The notes beneath the pieces are model-generated. The model ran no database searches, was not told the DNA's origin, and saw nothing but the letters and a program-made list of their open reading frames with translations. Made by a program: the position numbers and the translations under genes. From assembly GCF_004010195.1 (NCBI RefSeq), contig NC_057720.1, positions 29,110,898 to 29,163,003 of the forward strand: a DNA stretch of 52,106 nucleotides. The letters run 5' to 3'. Of the stretch, positions 24,856-36,392 are shown piece by piece; the stretch's first letter is position 1; every line of letters starts with the position of its first letter. Source of the DNA: Chiloscyllium plagiosum. Taxonomy: Eukaryota.

Positions 24856-26113
24856 GTTCCATAATACACAGCAAGCGAAGTGTTAAATATTAAGTTTTTC
24901 CATTTTCTGAAAATCTTAAAGCATAAGAAATGGGAACAGGAATGAACTATATGCCTCCTTGACCTTTCTCAGCCATTTAATAAGACTGTGGTTGATCTGA
25001 AACCTAATTTCCACTTGTGTACCTAATTCACATATTTGTTGATCCAAAAATCTTAGCATTGCCTATACTCAACAACTTGAGTATCAACAGTCCCTGTTTG
25101 GAGAATTTGTTAGCTTCTTAACCCGCTGAGGAAGACATTCTCTTCATCATTGTCCAAATGGTCATCTCCCTCTCCTCTGAATTCCTAGCTAAGAAAGCAG
25201 CTTTTGGGCACCCATTCTGTTAGACTTTTTCATACTTTTTAAATATTTCATTTAACATTCTTCTAATTTCCAGAGGACATTGGCTAATTCAGCACAGTAT
25301 TTCATCATTGATCAATCCTCACATTTCAGGAGTCAACTTGGTGAACCTTCATTTTCACCCCCTTATTAAAAAAATGTGTCTTTCCACCTGACATAGAGTC
25401 ATAGAGATGTACAGCATGGAAACTGACCCTTCGGTCCAACCCATCCAGGCCGACCAGATATCCCAACTCAATCTAGTCCCACCAGCCAACACCCGGCCCA
25501 TATCCTCATATACCCATCCAAATGCCTTTTCAATGTTGCAATTGTACCAGCCTCCACCACTTCCTCTGGCAGCTCATTCCATACTCCTACCACCCTCTGT
25601 GTGAAAAAGTTGCCCCTTGGGTCTCTTTTATATCTTTCCTCTCTCACCCTAAACCTATGCCCTTTAGTTCTGGACTCCCCAACCCCAGGGAAAAGACTTT
25701 GCCTATTTACCCTATCCATGCCCCTCATAATTTTGTAAACCTCTATAAGGTCACCCCTCCAACGCTCCAGGGAAAACAGCCTCTCCCTGTAGCTCAAATC
25801 TTCCAACCCTGGCAACATCCTTATAAATCTTTTCTGAACCCTTTCAAGTTTCACAACATCTTTCTGATAGGAAGGGGACCAGAATTGCATGCAATATTCC
25901 AACAGTGGCCTAACCAATGTCCTGTACAGCTGCAACATGATCTCCCAACTCATGTACTCAATACTCTGACCAATAAAGGAAAGCATACCAAAAGCCGCCT
26001 TCACTGTCCTATCTACCTGCCATTCCACTTTCAAGGAGCTCAGAACCTGCACTCCAAGGTCTCTTTGTTCAGCAACACTCTCTAGGACCTTACCATTAAG
26101 TGTATAAGTCCTG

Positions 26114-26658
26114 TTGTGGTTCTGTTCGCCAAGCTGGGAATTTGTGTTGCAGACGTTTCGTTCCCTGTCCAGGTGACATCCTCAGTGCTTGGGAGCCTCC
26201 TGTGAAGCGCTTCTGTGATCTTTCCTCCGGCATTTGTAGTGGTTTGAATCTGTCACTTCTGGTTGTCAGTTCCAGCTGTCCGTTGCAGTGGCCAGTAAAT
26301 TGGGTCCAGGTCAATGTGGTTATTGATTGAATCTGAGGATGAGTGCCATGCCTCTAGGAATTCCCTGGCTGTTCTCTGTTTGGGGTGTCCTATAATAGTA
26401 GTGTTGTCCCAGTAGAACTCATGTTGCTTGTCATCTGCGTGTGTGGCTACTAAGGATAGCTGGAACTGACAACCGGAAGTGACAGATTCAAACCACTACA
26501 AATGCCAGAGGAAAGATCACAGAAGCGCTTCACAGGAGGCTCCCAAGCACTAAGGATGTCACCTAGACATGGGACGAAACGTATGCAACACAAATTCCCA
26601 GCTCGGCGAACACAACCACAACAACGAGCACCCGAGCTACAAATTTTCTCTCAAACTT
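26114..26658. mobile_element. PLE (Poseidon/Penelope-like) truncated insertion with inverted pseudo-LTRs, 13-bp TSD
   Basis: Inverted arms 26112-26280 / 26455-26623. Spacer on minus strand reads SLVATHADDKQHEFYWDNTTIIG...AREFLEAWHS (GIY-YIG C-term). TSD TGTATAAGTCCTG at 26101-26113 and 26659-26671. Confidence 0.92.
26149..26188 (-). ncRNA. Putative minimal type I hammerhead ribozyme in PLE pseudo-LTR
   Basis: Minus strand GCA-CUGAGGA-(stem II, one mismatch)-GAAAC-GUC-UGC: intact core, 3-bp stem I, loopless palindromic stem III (ACGU). Confidence 0.65.
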
Positions 26659-27806
26659 TGTATAAGTCCTGCTAAGATTTGCTTTCCCAAAATGCAGCAC
26701 CTTCATTTATCTGAATTAAACTCCATCTGCCACTTCTCAGCCCATTGGCCCATCTGATCAAGATCCTGTTGTAATCTGAGGTAACCTTCTTCGCTGTCCA
26801 CTACACCTCCAATTTTAGTGTCATCTGCAAACTTACTAACTGTATGCAATTTCAGCTATAATCTCACACAGCTATATACAGTTGCAGCAAAACTTCCTTC
26901 CTCTTGATAATCCAACCCTCTTGCAATAAGAACAAAACACCATTTGTTGCCTTAATTGTTTGCTGCACCTGCATGTTAACTTTTTGTTGTACAAGAAAAC
27001 CCCAATGCTGAAAGTCAATAGTTTCCCACTACATAACACAAAAATCTTTCTATTTCTACAAAGGCAAATAACCTTGCATTTCCCTATATTGTACTCAATC
27101 TGCCAGATTCTTACTCATTCACTTATCTAACCATACCCCTTTGCATATTCTTTGTGACCTCCTTGTGGCCTACTTTCCCACCTAGCTTTGTATTGTCAGG
27201 AAGCTTGAATATGTTATACATGGTCCTTCATCTGAATCATTATTAAACAAAGATTTTCATTTAAATAGCAACCCCAGACATTCACATGGATTGTAAGAAC
27301 CGGAGTCCAAAGCACTGATCCTTTCAGCACCCACTAGTAATCTGCAAATCTGAAAATGTTTATTCCTCGACTCTTTTCAGCTTTCAGCTCTTTGTGTATT
27401 CGTTGGGTACATCTTAAATATATTTAAAATTTCTGCTTTAAAGACATAGTTACCTTGTAATTTAATGCTAGGAAATCTGCTAAAGTGCAATGGAAGTGAC
27501 TTTCCTGTGATAAAACATTCAGTTCAACATCTCAATTGAGGAATTGCAAGCACAAACCACTCTCCTTCCATTTGATGGCACTAGGTATTTATGAAGCACT
27601 TATTGACTTCTAGCTCCTTACTTTGACGAGAGTTTTGAATCAATAGAGAAAAATTAATCATATGTTTTAGTATTTGAAATTACTATATGGTTATTATAAT
27701 TCCATTGGACAGTATGTTAAAAAGTGCTTTGTACGTGTGTTTGATTTGAGTTTAGCATATTGATATGCATATTGAGAATGTCAAATTGTTCCTTTGAACA
27801 TCCTGT

Positions 27807-27945
27807 GAGGAGAATGTGAGGACTGCAGATGCTGGAGAGCAGAGTCGAGAATTAGGATGAAGGGCTTATGCCCAAAACGTTGATTCTCCTGCTTCTCGGA
27901 TACTACCTGACCGGCTGTGCTTTTCCAGCATCACACTCTCGACTC
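27807..27945. mobile_element. Mini PLE pseudo-LTR insertion with 12-bp TSD
   Basis: TSD TGAACATCCTGT at 27795-27806 and 27946-27957. Inverted AGAGTCGAGA / TCTCGACTCT; degenerate hammerhead core. Confidence 0.88.
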
Positions 27946-28854
27946 TGAACATCCTGTATGTCAGGTTCACTCTAAACTAGGCTTCTCAGATGAAAGGACA
28001 CTGTTGTAACTTGCCGTGGCAGTCATTTTCCAAACAATTTCAGAGATGCGCTGAAATTACCTTGAGCTAATTCTAGTAGAAGATAATGAAGACATTTTAT
28101 TTTGAATAGTTCCAAATAAGTGCAGATATTTTTACAACCTAATAAAGTGCAATTTATGACAGCTTTTGCAGTCAAGATAAAGTGAGGTGTCAAATTATTC
28201 TGGGTATTGCAAGATCTAGTTGTGTGGGACGATGGACAAATAAGCAACTAATCAACACTGTATTAATAATGTGTGCCCTCAGCCAGATGCATTTCAGCAA
28301 TTGGCAAGTTGCTGTTGATCAATAACCTTTACTACCACAAAGAAGGGCAGCAGATGCATGAGAATGCCACCATCCTGAATATTACCCCTCGAGAATCACA
28401 TCATGCTGAGATGGGAACAGAATTGTTCCTTTGCGGTCACTGGTTCAAAAGCCTGGAAGTCCATTTCTAATAGCACTAAATGTACTTATACCACTTAGTC
28501 TTAAGTAGTTTAAGAAGATAGCTCACCACCACCTCAAGACAACTACGAATGAACCAAAATGCCATTCTGGGCAGGAACACTCATTTAATTGCAAAGTAAA
28601 AATAGAAATCATAATACATTATTTCAAATTTGCATCTGAAAACTTCCTTTTGTTCAGATGTTCTTTTCCTATTTTAACATTGTTTAATGTGAATTCTGTT
28701 TGTTCATACTGATCCATATGATTAACAATTCTAACTTATTAAATAAATATTTGGAAGTCTGCATTTTTCTGCAAACTTGCAATTTTGTTAACATTTTCCT
28801 TGTGGGTATATCTTTTCTGTCCAGCAAGTTTGACAAGTGGCCAACGGAGTAGGG

Positions 28855-29165
28855 AAGGTGGTGCTGTCATGATAAACAGTGCTGGACTAGTTTTCCAGAA
28901 CCTCTGATTAATGTTCTTAGAATATGGTTTAGAATCACACCATAGCAAATGGTGAAATATGAAAATCTGGATTTTAAAAAAGCCTCATGATAACCACATA
29001 ACCATTGTCAATTGTCATAAAAACATAGTTCACTGATATCCTTCAGGGAATGAAATCTGTCATCCCTACCTTGTGTGTACTACATGTGACTCCAGATCCA
29101 CAGCAATGTAATTTACACTTGACTGCTCGCTGGGCAATTAGGCTTGGGCAATAAATACTGACCCG
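28855..29165 (+). mobile_element. Old SINE-like repeat
   Basis: Degenerate tRNA-like head (CTGGACTAG...GGTTTAGAATCACACC) and body GTTCACTGATATCCTTCAGGGAATGAAATCTG...TACATGTGACTCCAGA, recognised as a common shark repeat; family not assigned. Confidence 0.5.
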
Positions 29166-30363
29166 TATAATTTTTTTTAAAAGTGTTACTCAGAGTCTCT
29201 GTCATGCTGCTTTGTTTTGGTATCCAAATGGTCATTTTGTTTTCTTCCTTACCTTCATTCTGAAACAGTAGATCTATGCTAAGCCATTCAGATATCTCTA
29301 GCAATTGCATAATTTTCATTTGAAAAGTTTAAAGTTAGGTTTCTTATATGTGATAAATTTGTTCTGATTTCACATTTTGCTTAGGGAAATAAAAGCCCTT
29401 TTCTGTTTTGTATGGGGTTATTTGCTTCCCAGTGTATTAACATAATTATGTTAAACTGGTAGGCAAATTAGTCCAATACCAATCTAAAATCACTGAGTAT
29501 TAACTTGGAAAACAGTTTTAAAAGTATAGGTATCTAACACATTTAACTTTGTCTGTGGGGACATAATTACAATTTGTTGCTGTTAGCAAAAAAAAGGATT
29601 CATCTCTGTTAATTAGCTCTGTTATATTATTAATGTATCTCTCATTTTCATCCAACCTTTGTTTTATCACTTCTCTAATTAGGGTTCATACTCTCCAGGT
29701 TCAAATGATTACAGAAATTCTCACCTGAATGGTAAAACACAGGTCTTTGTCTCGCTGTTGTCACTGTTGGCTTTAGGTTTTTTTTCATGGCTTTAATTGA
29801 TTTTTTTTAGTCAAAGAAATATCCAGTCCAGCACACAATTTAATGAATTATCAAAGAATTTTTCTTCCTCTAAGTTCTTCCACCTCTATATGTAGCAATA
29901 TTTTATCTTAAAAAAAATCAGGTAGGTCATCACCCATCCCTTTTAACTACTGATGTTGATCTTGAGCTAGCTGCTAAATGGTATGCAGTAATGGCCTTAG
30001 AATGACTCACCCATCAGTTATCTCTGTGGAAACATTTGTCATACTGATAAAAGAAGTAGATGGGCTAGATATAGGACTTCTCTGTCAATCTACTAGCTTG
30101 TAAAATGACCATTAGGTTGTAGAAAAGCCATCAACTTTAATCTTTGTTAAAAACCTAATATGAAAGTGATTCATTAACAGGCCAATTGACACAGCTTTCC
30201 ATACATTGGGTATTTCAACACACAGTAAACACAAGACTGGTACTTGGTAACTGTTGGGTCTGTCATGAGCCAGTTAAAAGCTAGGCAAAAGTGAGAACTG
30301 CAGATGCTGCCAGAGACAATTTACCTTCAGTACATAAACCATCATTTATTGAGATTAAATAAA

Positions 30364-30672
30364 GGGTGGGGTGAGGAAGTCCAAAACTAGTGCATTAATC
30401 AAAACCGCACTAGAGGGCAAAGGTTTACGGCAGGAGGGGATCTAAGGGACAACTTTTTCACACAAAGGGTGGTGCGTGTATGGAATGAGCTGCCAGAGGA
30501 AGTGGTGGAGGCTGATACGATCACAACATTTAAAAGGCATCTGGATGGGTATATGAATAGGAAGGGTGTAGAGAGTTATGGACTAAATGCTGGTAAATGA
30601 GACTAGATTAGGATATCTAGTTGGCATGGATGAGTGGGACCAAAGGGTCTGTGCTGTACAGCTCTATGACCC
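30364..30672 (+). mobile_element. CR1 3'-end fragment
   Basis: Matches 678-990 (GGGTGGTGCGTGTATGGAATGAGCTGCCAGAGG...CTCTATGAC). Confidence 0.9.
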
Positions 30673-30994
30673 TCTTGCACAATTGCAATAACCCCATAGA
30701 ATGGATCATTCAGGGTAATTTGGATACGGTACCACAAACACTTTTTGGAGGCAGCAGTGACTCCTTTGCAACAAAATAGGCCTTGAAAGGAGAAAGGTGA
30801 TAGTAAACCCCAGCTTTAACAGGCAGCAAGATTTGGAGGCTCATTTTAGATACTTTTAATCAAACTGTGAAGACACGATACCCCTCTGGAGCAGGTGGGA
30901 ATTGAACCCATTCTGGCCGTGGAGGCTCACTTCACAGGTGATAGCCAATTAAGTGGATACTGCTATTCAATAAAGGATAATGTCCTGCCCTAAA

Positions 30995-31195
30995 GATAAA
31001 GTTGCCATAGCCCTACCAGACATAGAACGGTTCTTTAGTTACACGACTTGTGGTGGTCACCACACTTCAGTTGAGAGAGAGGTTGAGAAGAAAAGTCTTT
31101 TATGGCTACCTCAGCTTTTGCATTAATCAAAACCGCACTGTTGGCATCACACTGCATTGCAAACTATCCATCCAGCCAACTGAGCTAACCAACCC
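30995..31195 (-). mobile_element. tRNA-head SINE, second family
   Basis: Reverse complement GGTTGGTTAGCTCAGTTGG...GCCAACAG...GCTGAGG...CACCACAAGTC...CTATGGCAACTTT is colinear with 47915-48122. Confidence 0.7.
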
Positions 31196-31750
31196 TATAT
31201 TGCCCTCAACAGAGCCTTTGCAACTGAACATTCTCAGGTTGCAGTGGCCACCATTAGGACACATCAAGAGGATCATGGGGAATTGATGGATGTGTGCCCT
31301 TGATGTGAGTCAATGTGTATCAAAGCCACTCTGATAAACAAACAATTGAATGCTTTTCTGTGCTGAAAGGCTCCAAACTCTTTCTGGAATTCCCTGGAAG
31401 AAAATGCTTAATCTTACCTCTCATTGCAAGATTGTCTTTTTAATTAACATATTGTCCCCAGGATGGCAGGAATGCAAGCCACAAAGCTACACAAAAAGAC
31501 ATTAAATCAAAAGTACTCTTCTAGCTTCCCTATGTCAGATTCATCATCTTGAAGTAAGAATGGACTCAACCACCAAATTACTAGAATTAATTCCATTTTA
31601 AAGTATTTATTGATTTTGGGTGGCCAGCAATGATCCATTTGTTAGCATCGCTTTCATCTTCTTAAAAGCTGTCTGGCATTCTTTTTCTTCAAAGTGATCA
31701 TTTTTACTCTACTTGCTTTTTCAAAAAATCTGCTTAAGTCACAGCCAATG

Positions 31751-32256
31751 CAGCGGCCTTATCTCTCACTGGCCTTCCCAGAATGTAGACTCTGCTCAGG
31801 CAGTGGAGACTGCGCTGGCTGGGCCATGTCCACCCCATGGAGGATGGCTGCGTCCCGAAGGATATCCTCTATGGAGAGCTCAAATCCGGGAAGAGACTGA
31901 CTGGACGTCCCCAGCTGCGCTACAAGGATGTCTACATGAGGGACATGAAGGTGCTTGATATCATGACGGAGTCCTGGGAAAGGTTTGCAGCTGACCGCAT
32001 GAGATGGAGAAACACCCTGAACCAACACATTAAAACAGGGGAAAAGAAGCTGATGATCGCTTTGGTAGACAAGCAGGCATGAAGGAAGGAGCGCAGCAGC
32101 TCTAGCAGATCAATGACCACATAGAGATGTGATGTCTGCAACCAGGCCTGTCACTCCAGCATTGGCCTCTTCAGTCACAAGCAACGTTGTTTCGGGAAAG
32201 CAGAAAGCTAGAACGAGGATGCGGTCCATGGTTAGCCATGATTGAAAGGGGCCTCA
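31751..32256 (+). mobile_element. RTE-clade LINE 3' fragment
   Basis: LRWLGHV then ORF 31837..32082 (PKDILYGELKSGKRLTGRPQLRYKD...WERFAADRMRWR), followed by CDVC...IGLFSHKQRC zinc finger. Probable TSD CACAGCCAATG (31740-31750) / CACAGCCACTG (32257-32267). Confidence 0.88.
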
Positions 32257-32586
32257 CACAGCCACTGTGCTAAGGTTAGGCACAAAAAGTTAATAGAACA
32301 TTCCCAAAAATCTCACTATTACAATTATCGTCTGAAGAATAGGAAATTTTATTAAACCCTTTAATCTTAGAATTTATGTACCCAAGAATAATAACATTAT
32401 ATTGTAAACTCTCACCACAGAAATTATAACAGGCTCCTATCAAATAGTTTCAAACAAATAGTATATTACAGATTACAGTATATGGATAATCCTGTCATTT
32501 ACATATATGCATCTAACCTATGTACAAAACTATAAAGCTGAACTGAAACAAATGCAAGTATGTGTATCAAATGGGATTTACAAAAT

Positions 32587-34280
32587 TTAGTGATTTTGTT
32601 TTCTCTTACACCCTTCCTTTAACTCTGCAATGAATGTTTCAGTGAAGTGCACAGCCCAAGTGTCACTCTTTACATCGTCTCTCGGTATTGTCACAATTTA
32701 CTGAGGTAGCACACTGGAAATCAAGCCCAGTTACTCCCAGTTGTCACAAAAGTTAGTTACTTTTTAAAAATACACGAAATCATCAAGGTACCTACTTTTT
32801 AGACCTAGTCTGACAGAATGCATGGATGAGGTTTCTGTACTTTTACAGATATTTAGATTCTAACCACAGCTGAACAATTAAACTAAATTAAATCAACTCT
32901 CCAAAGTTTCCAACCCTTTCTAAATGTGTCCTTACAAACATTAGCAGAGACATCAAGAAGGAGAAAAACAAAGACATTGGGCTGAGGGAATACTGGAAAA
33001 ATAATTCCATAGTCTTTGTTCACAAGAATGTTGGATAGAATCTTGCTGATCTGAAGGTTTCTCCTTAATTTTCATTTTACTGAATGTTTCCACTGGTTCA
33101 CAAGAGGCACAGGGTGACTGGTTCACTTATGAAAGGTTTCTGACTTATGCAATTCGAAGTCACAACTTGCTGCATCTACTGAAAGGAGGATAATTTGGTT
33201 TTCTGCTGGTTTAAAGTGACCTACCACAGACAACTGAGAGACAGAGAGATTTTTGGCGACTGCATACCTTCTGGACTGACCAGCCTCTCTCTGACTCATT
33301 TTCTTTTGAGTTTTTGAGCTACCTAACACCAATCACATCAGTTGTTGATAGGCAGAGGGCCTTTGTCATTGAGAACTGGCCACTAGTCTACACCAATCAG
33401 CTTCACTTATGAACAATCCTTTGGGCTGCAGTTTGTCTGCACATGGCTGGAACCCACAGCTATTCAAACAGGATTCACAAAAGGTAGTAAATTGCTTACT
33501 TTCAAAACAAGTAGCCAGCTTTGTAAATCCCTGCATTTCAAAGCAGTTCTTTTGCAATGCAGTCTACGGTTTTAAAAAACACAAAAATAAAAAAAAAGAC
33601 ACAGTCTTCACAGCGTAATTCTACCTTTAAATTTGGGGTAACTTCTCTTTGTACGTTAACAATAATACTTCCTTACTGAACAAAACCTTTTCATTATTTT
33701 CAAATATGCTTTCAATATTGAATCTTTGTTGAATGACAAGGAGCATTTTTTTGTGTTCTAATACAATTGTGTTGCTTCTCTGCTAGACTCGATCTCTGCA
33801 CTATCCCATCCAACTGTGCCTTAGTTATATTCTTCCACATGATATTCATGGCTCCCTAAGTCGGGATTTTGATTTTCCTTCCCAGCACTTGTCATTCATG
33901 GCAATTTGCAAACCACACCCCTTCCATTATTTTGGGGTTTTAAACAGTGTTTTGAAAACTGCTGATTTGCCATGGCTTCCTGCAGTTATATCTCAACATT
34001 GGCAACTTCTGTTTTGGTGTCAAATACATTGATCCTTCAATATCATTTTGTAGTCCTCTTCTTTCCATTGAAAGATATTATTTGGCAATTCTTTAGGCTG
34101 TATGGTCTCCAGGGTCTCTATACCGTCTAATATTGATATGGACACACGAGTCCTTCTACTTGAAACTATCTTTTGCTCAACTGAATTGCAAGTAGGTATA
34201 TGCACAGAAACAGCTTCAAATTGGAGCACTTCTTCCCAAATGGTGGAAAATCCATGCAACCCACTAAGTCATTTCCCAGT
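32587..34280 (-). pseudogene. Possible decayed 3' coding exons of an unidentified gene convergent with ATPAF1
   Basis: No recognisable repeat. Polypyrimidine tract + AG before 33563 opens a frame joining ORFs 33366..33557 and 33123..33332. 79-aa ORF at 34020..34259; protein-like terminal peptide; AATAAA at 32353-32348. No homologue recognised. Confidence 0.3.
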
Positions 34281-35659
34281 ATAAAATCTATAGGTGGAAT
34301 CTAATAGGATTCTGAGTGCCATTGTCTGAGGTGAGATGTATGGCAGAAACAAACAAGAAGACCAACAAGCCCAATCTTGGCCTCCAAATCATCTCATTCC
34401 ATCTTTTATGCTTTTCATAAATGGGTGGTGAGATTCTCACTAGACATCAGAGGGATAAACACTTGTTGGATGGTTTGTTAGCGGTACATGCATCACTGCA
34501 ATGATATACATCATCACAATGTGGCCTCCCATCTTTCAAAACAAGGTAGACATTGGAAAAAACCTGACAAAAAAACCAAAGCGGTTACCTGGCAGATTCA
34601 GCTCGCCACTTGCTCCAATAGCCCAGTTGAATACACCCCTCATTCATGGACATTAGTATCTGGCAACTGCCAATCTATCACAACAATCCTGGCACTTCCC
34701 CTATGCACGGGCAGTATGGTCTGGAAGCATAGACTTGTATTGCAGGGTGCACCAGTGACTGGCATTGAACAGCTGTAGTAGGGACACTTTGTGCAGAGGG
34801 ACAAACAGTCAGCTCAGAAACTGGAATGGGCTGCATCTCAGGGATGTTCACTTTCCCTTAGTGCTCACCCACTTCACACTTACTGCAGTCTCATAGCATC
34901 CCTGCCCTGCCTTGCCTTGCCATGACAATGAGCACAGTCCCGAAACAAACACCTTTTCTTGCTGTTTGCAGTCCTCTGTCTAGATACGGGGTCACACCTC
35001 TTGCAGAACAGCAATGTTCTACATTAGGGACATGCACGAACTATGTTCCAACAGCTTAGGTGGTCAACACACTGCATATATTGTAAGCGGGCAGCCATGT
35101 CTCAATGTCTTAGGGGAGCAGTCATTAATGAAGTCTATGGCATCCCCTTGTCAGCTAGGGAGTCTCCACAGTAAGTCACCAGCAGCCTCCCACATCAGTC
35201 CAGGGGATTGGCCACGGTCAGTTATCCACTCAGGGTTTCATTGGTCAGAGACTCCATGTCTCTGTTATCTGTGGTCAGGAGATTCTGGTTTCAAGATGGA
35301 GGCAGTGAATCACTGAGCCACACATGGTCACCTCATAGGCAGGTGTAGGCACATGTAGTAGAGGGACTGTGTTGGATCTTGGAAACGATTTAAGCCTGTG
35401 GGGTTAAAAGCATGGGCCACATGTGTATATGTGGGAGCTTCACTGACATGGTCAGGTTGAGGCTGGAAGTCACTTGAGGAGGCGGACTCACTGTCACCTT
35501 CCATGATGCTAGAAATCAAAAGTGCACAATGAGGAAGAAAGTGTCTGCGCCCACAGTCAGGGTGGGTGAGATAAGATAATGTGAGGGAGAGAGCTGCAGC
35601 AAACACCAGTCACAGGGCTTTTAAAGGGAAAGAAACTTGTTCACGAGCCCATGTATTAT

Positions 35660-36120
35660 CCTTGGCTCCTCCATTGCCACAATGAACCAGAGAGAAAATT
35701 GGAGCAACAACACCTCCGCCTGGGCATCCTACAGTCTGGAGGACTCAACATTGAGTTCTCCAATTTCAAATAAGCCCCCTTCCCATCACCCAACTCCCTT
35801 CCCAGCCCCCCACCTCCCCACCTTCCATTCTTCTGACCGACCCTTCCTTCCAGTTACCAACTGGATTCATCCCTCCCATCGACCAACCTGTTCGTACCCT
35901 CTACCTGTGTTCATCTATCCCTACCTCACCATCTGCTCACCCCTCCCCCAACCACCCCCCATTTTTCTGCAGCTCCCCTTACACCCACCCCAGTCCTGAA
36001 GAATGGTTACACCCAAAACATTGACTTTTCCACCTCCTGATACTGCCTGACTTGCTGTGTTCTTCCAGCTTCCTGCTTGTCTACCTTTAATTCCAATATC
36101 TGCAGTGTTTTTGTCTCTAA
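35660..36120 (+). mobile_element. PLE 3' fragment with 11-bp TSD
   Basis: GIY-YIG tail (AAATTGGAGCAACAACACCTC...CTCAACATTGAGTTC) plus pseudo-LTR with a mutated hammerhead core at 35996-36022. TSD CCATGTATTAT at 35649-35659 and 36121-36131. Confidence 0.85.
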
Positions 36121-36392
36121 CCATGTATTATACAACAGACAGGCACACAGATTGCCTACTGCCTGGCCATCCTACAGCACCAACCCTCTCTGTTTGGCAT
36201 AGCCACTGCTGGAGAACTCTTTGACAGCTACTCCTTTGGGCACAGATGCAGTCAAACATTAGGGATGTTGAACATGGAAGGGAAAAGGTTTCACTGGGAC
36301 CCAACGCCCGAATGTATGTGATGCTCGCCCTGCTTTCAGATGGTGCAGTGGCCTCTCAGCACTGACCTCTGTCCTTAGAGCCTCACTGTCAC

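Larger units (their letters stand above)
25392..26844 (-). mobile_element. 5'-truncated CR1 LINE interrupted by a PLE insertion
   Basis: ORF 25468..26052 is CR1 RT C-terminal. Colinear with 4833-5765 once 26114-26658 and one TSD copy are removed. Confidence 0.95.

Noticed and set aside
32885..33563. Selenoprotein reading of the frame whose internal stops are all TGA
   Set aside because: No selenoprotein motif or SECIS recognised, and adjacent segments contain TAA/TAG and apparent frameshifts; decay or chance is simpler.
34300..35630. Harbinger-like DNA transposon remnant (also ~44340-45010)
   Set aside because: Composition is suggestive only; no TIR, TSD or transposase/Myb motif could be read.
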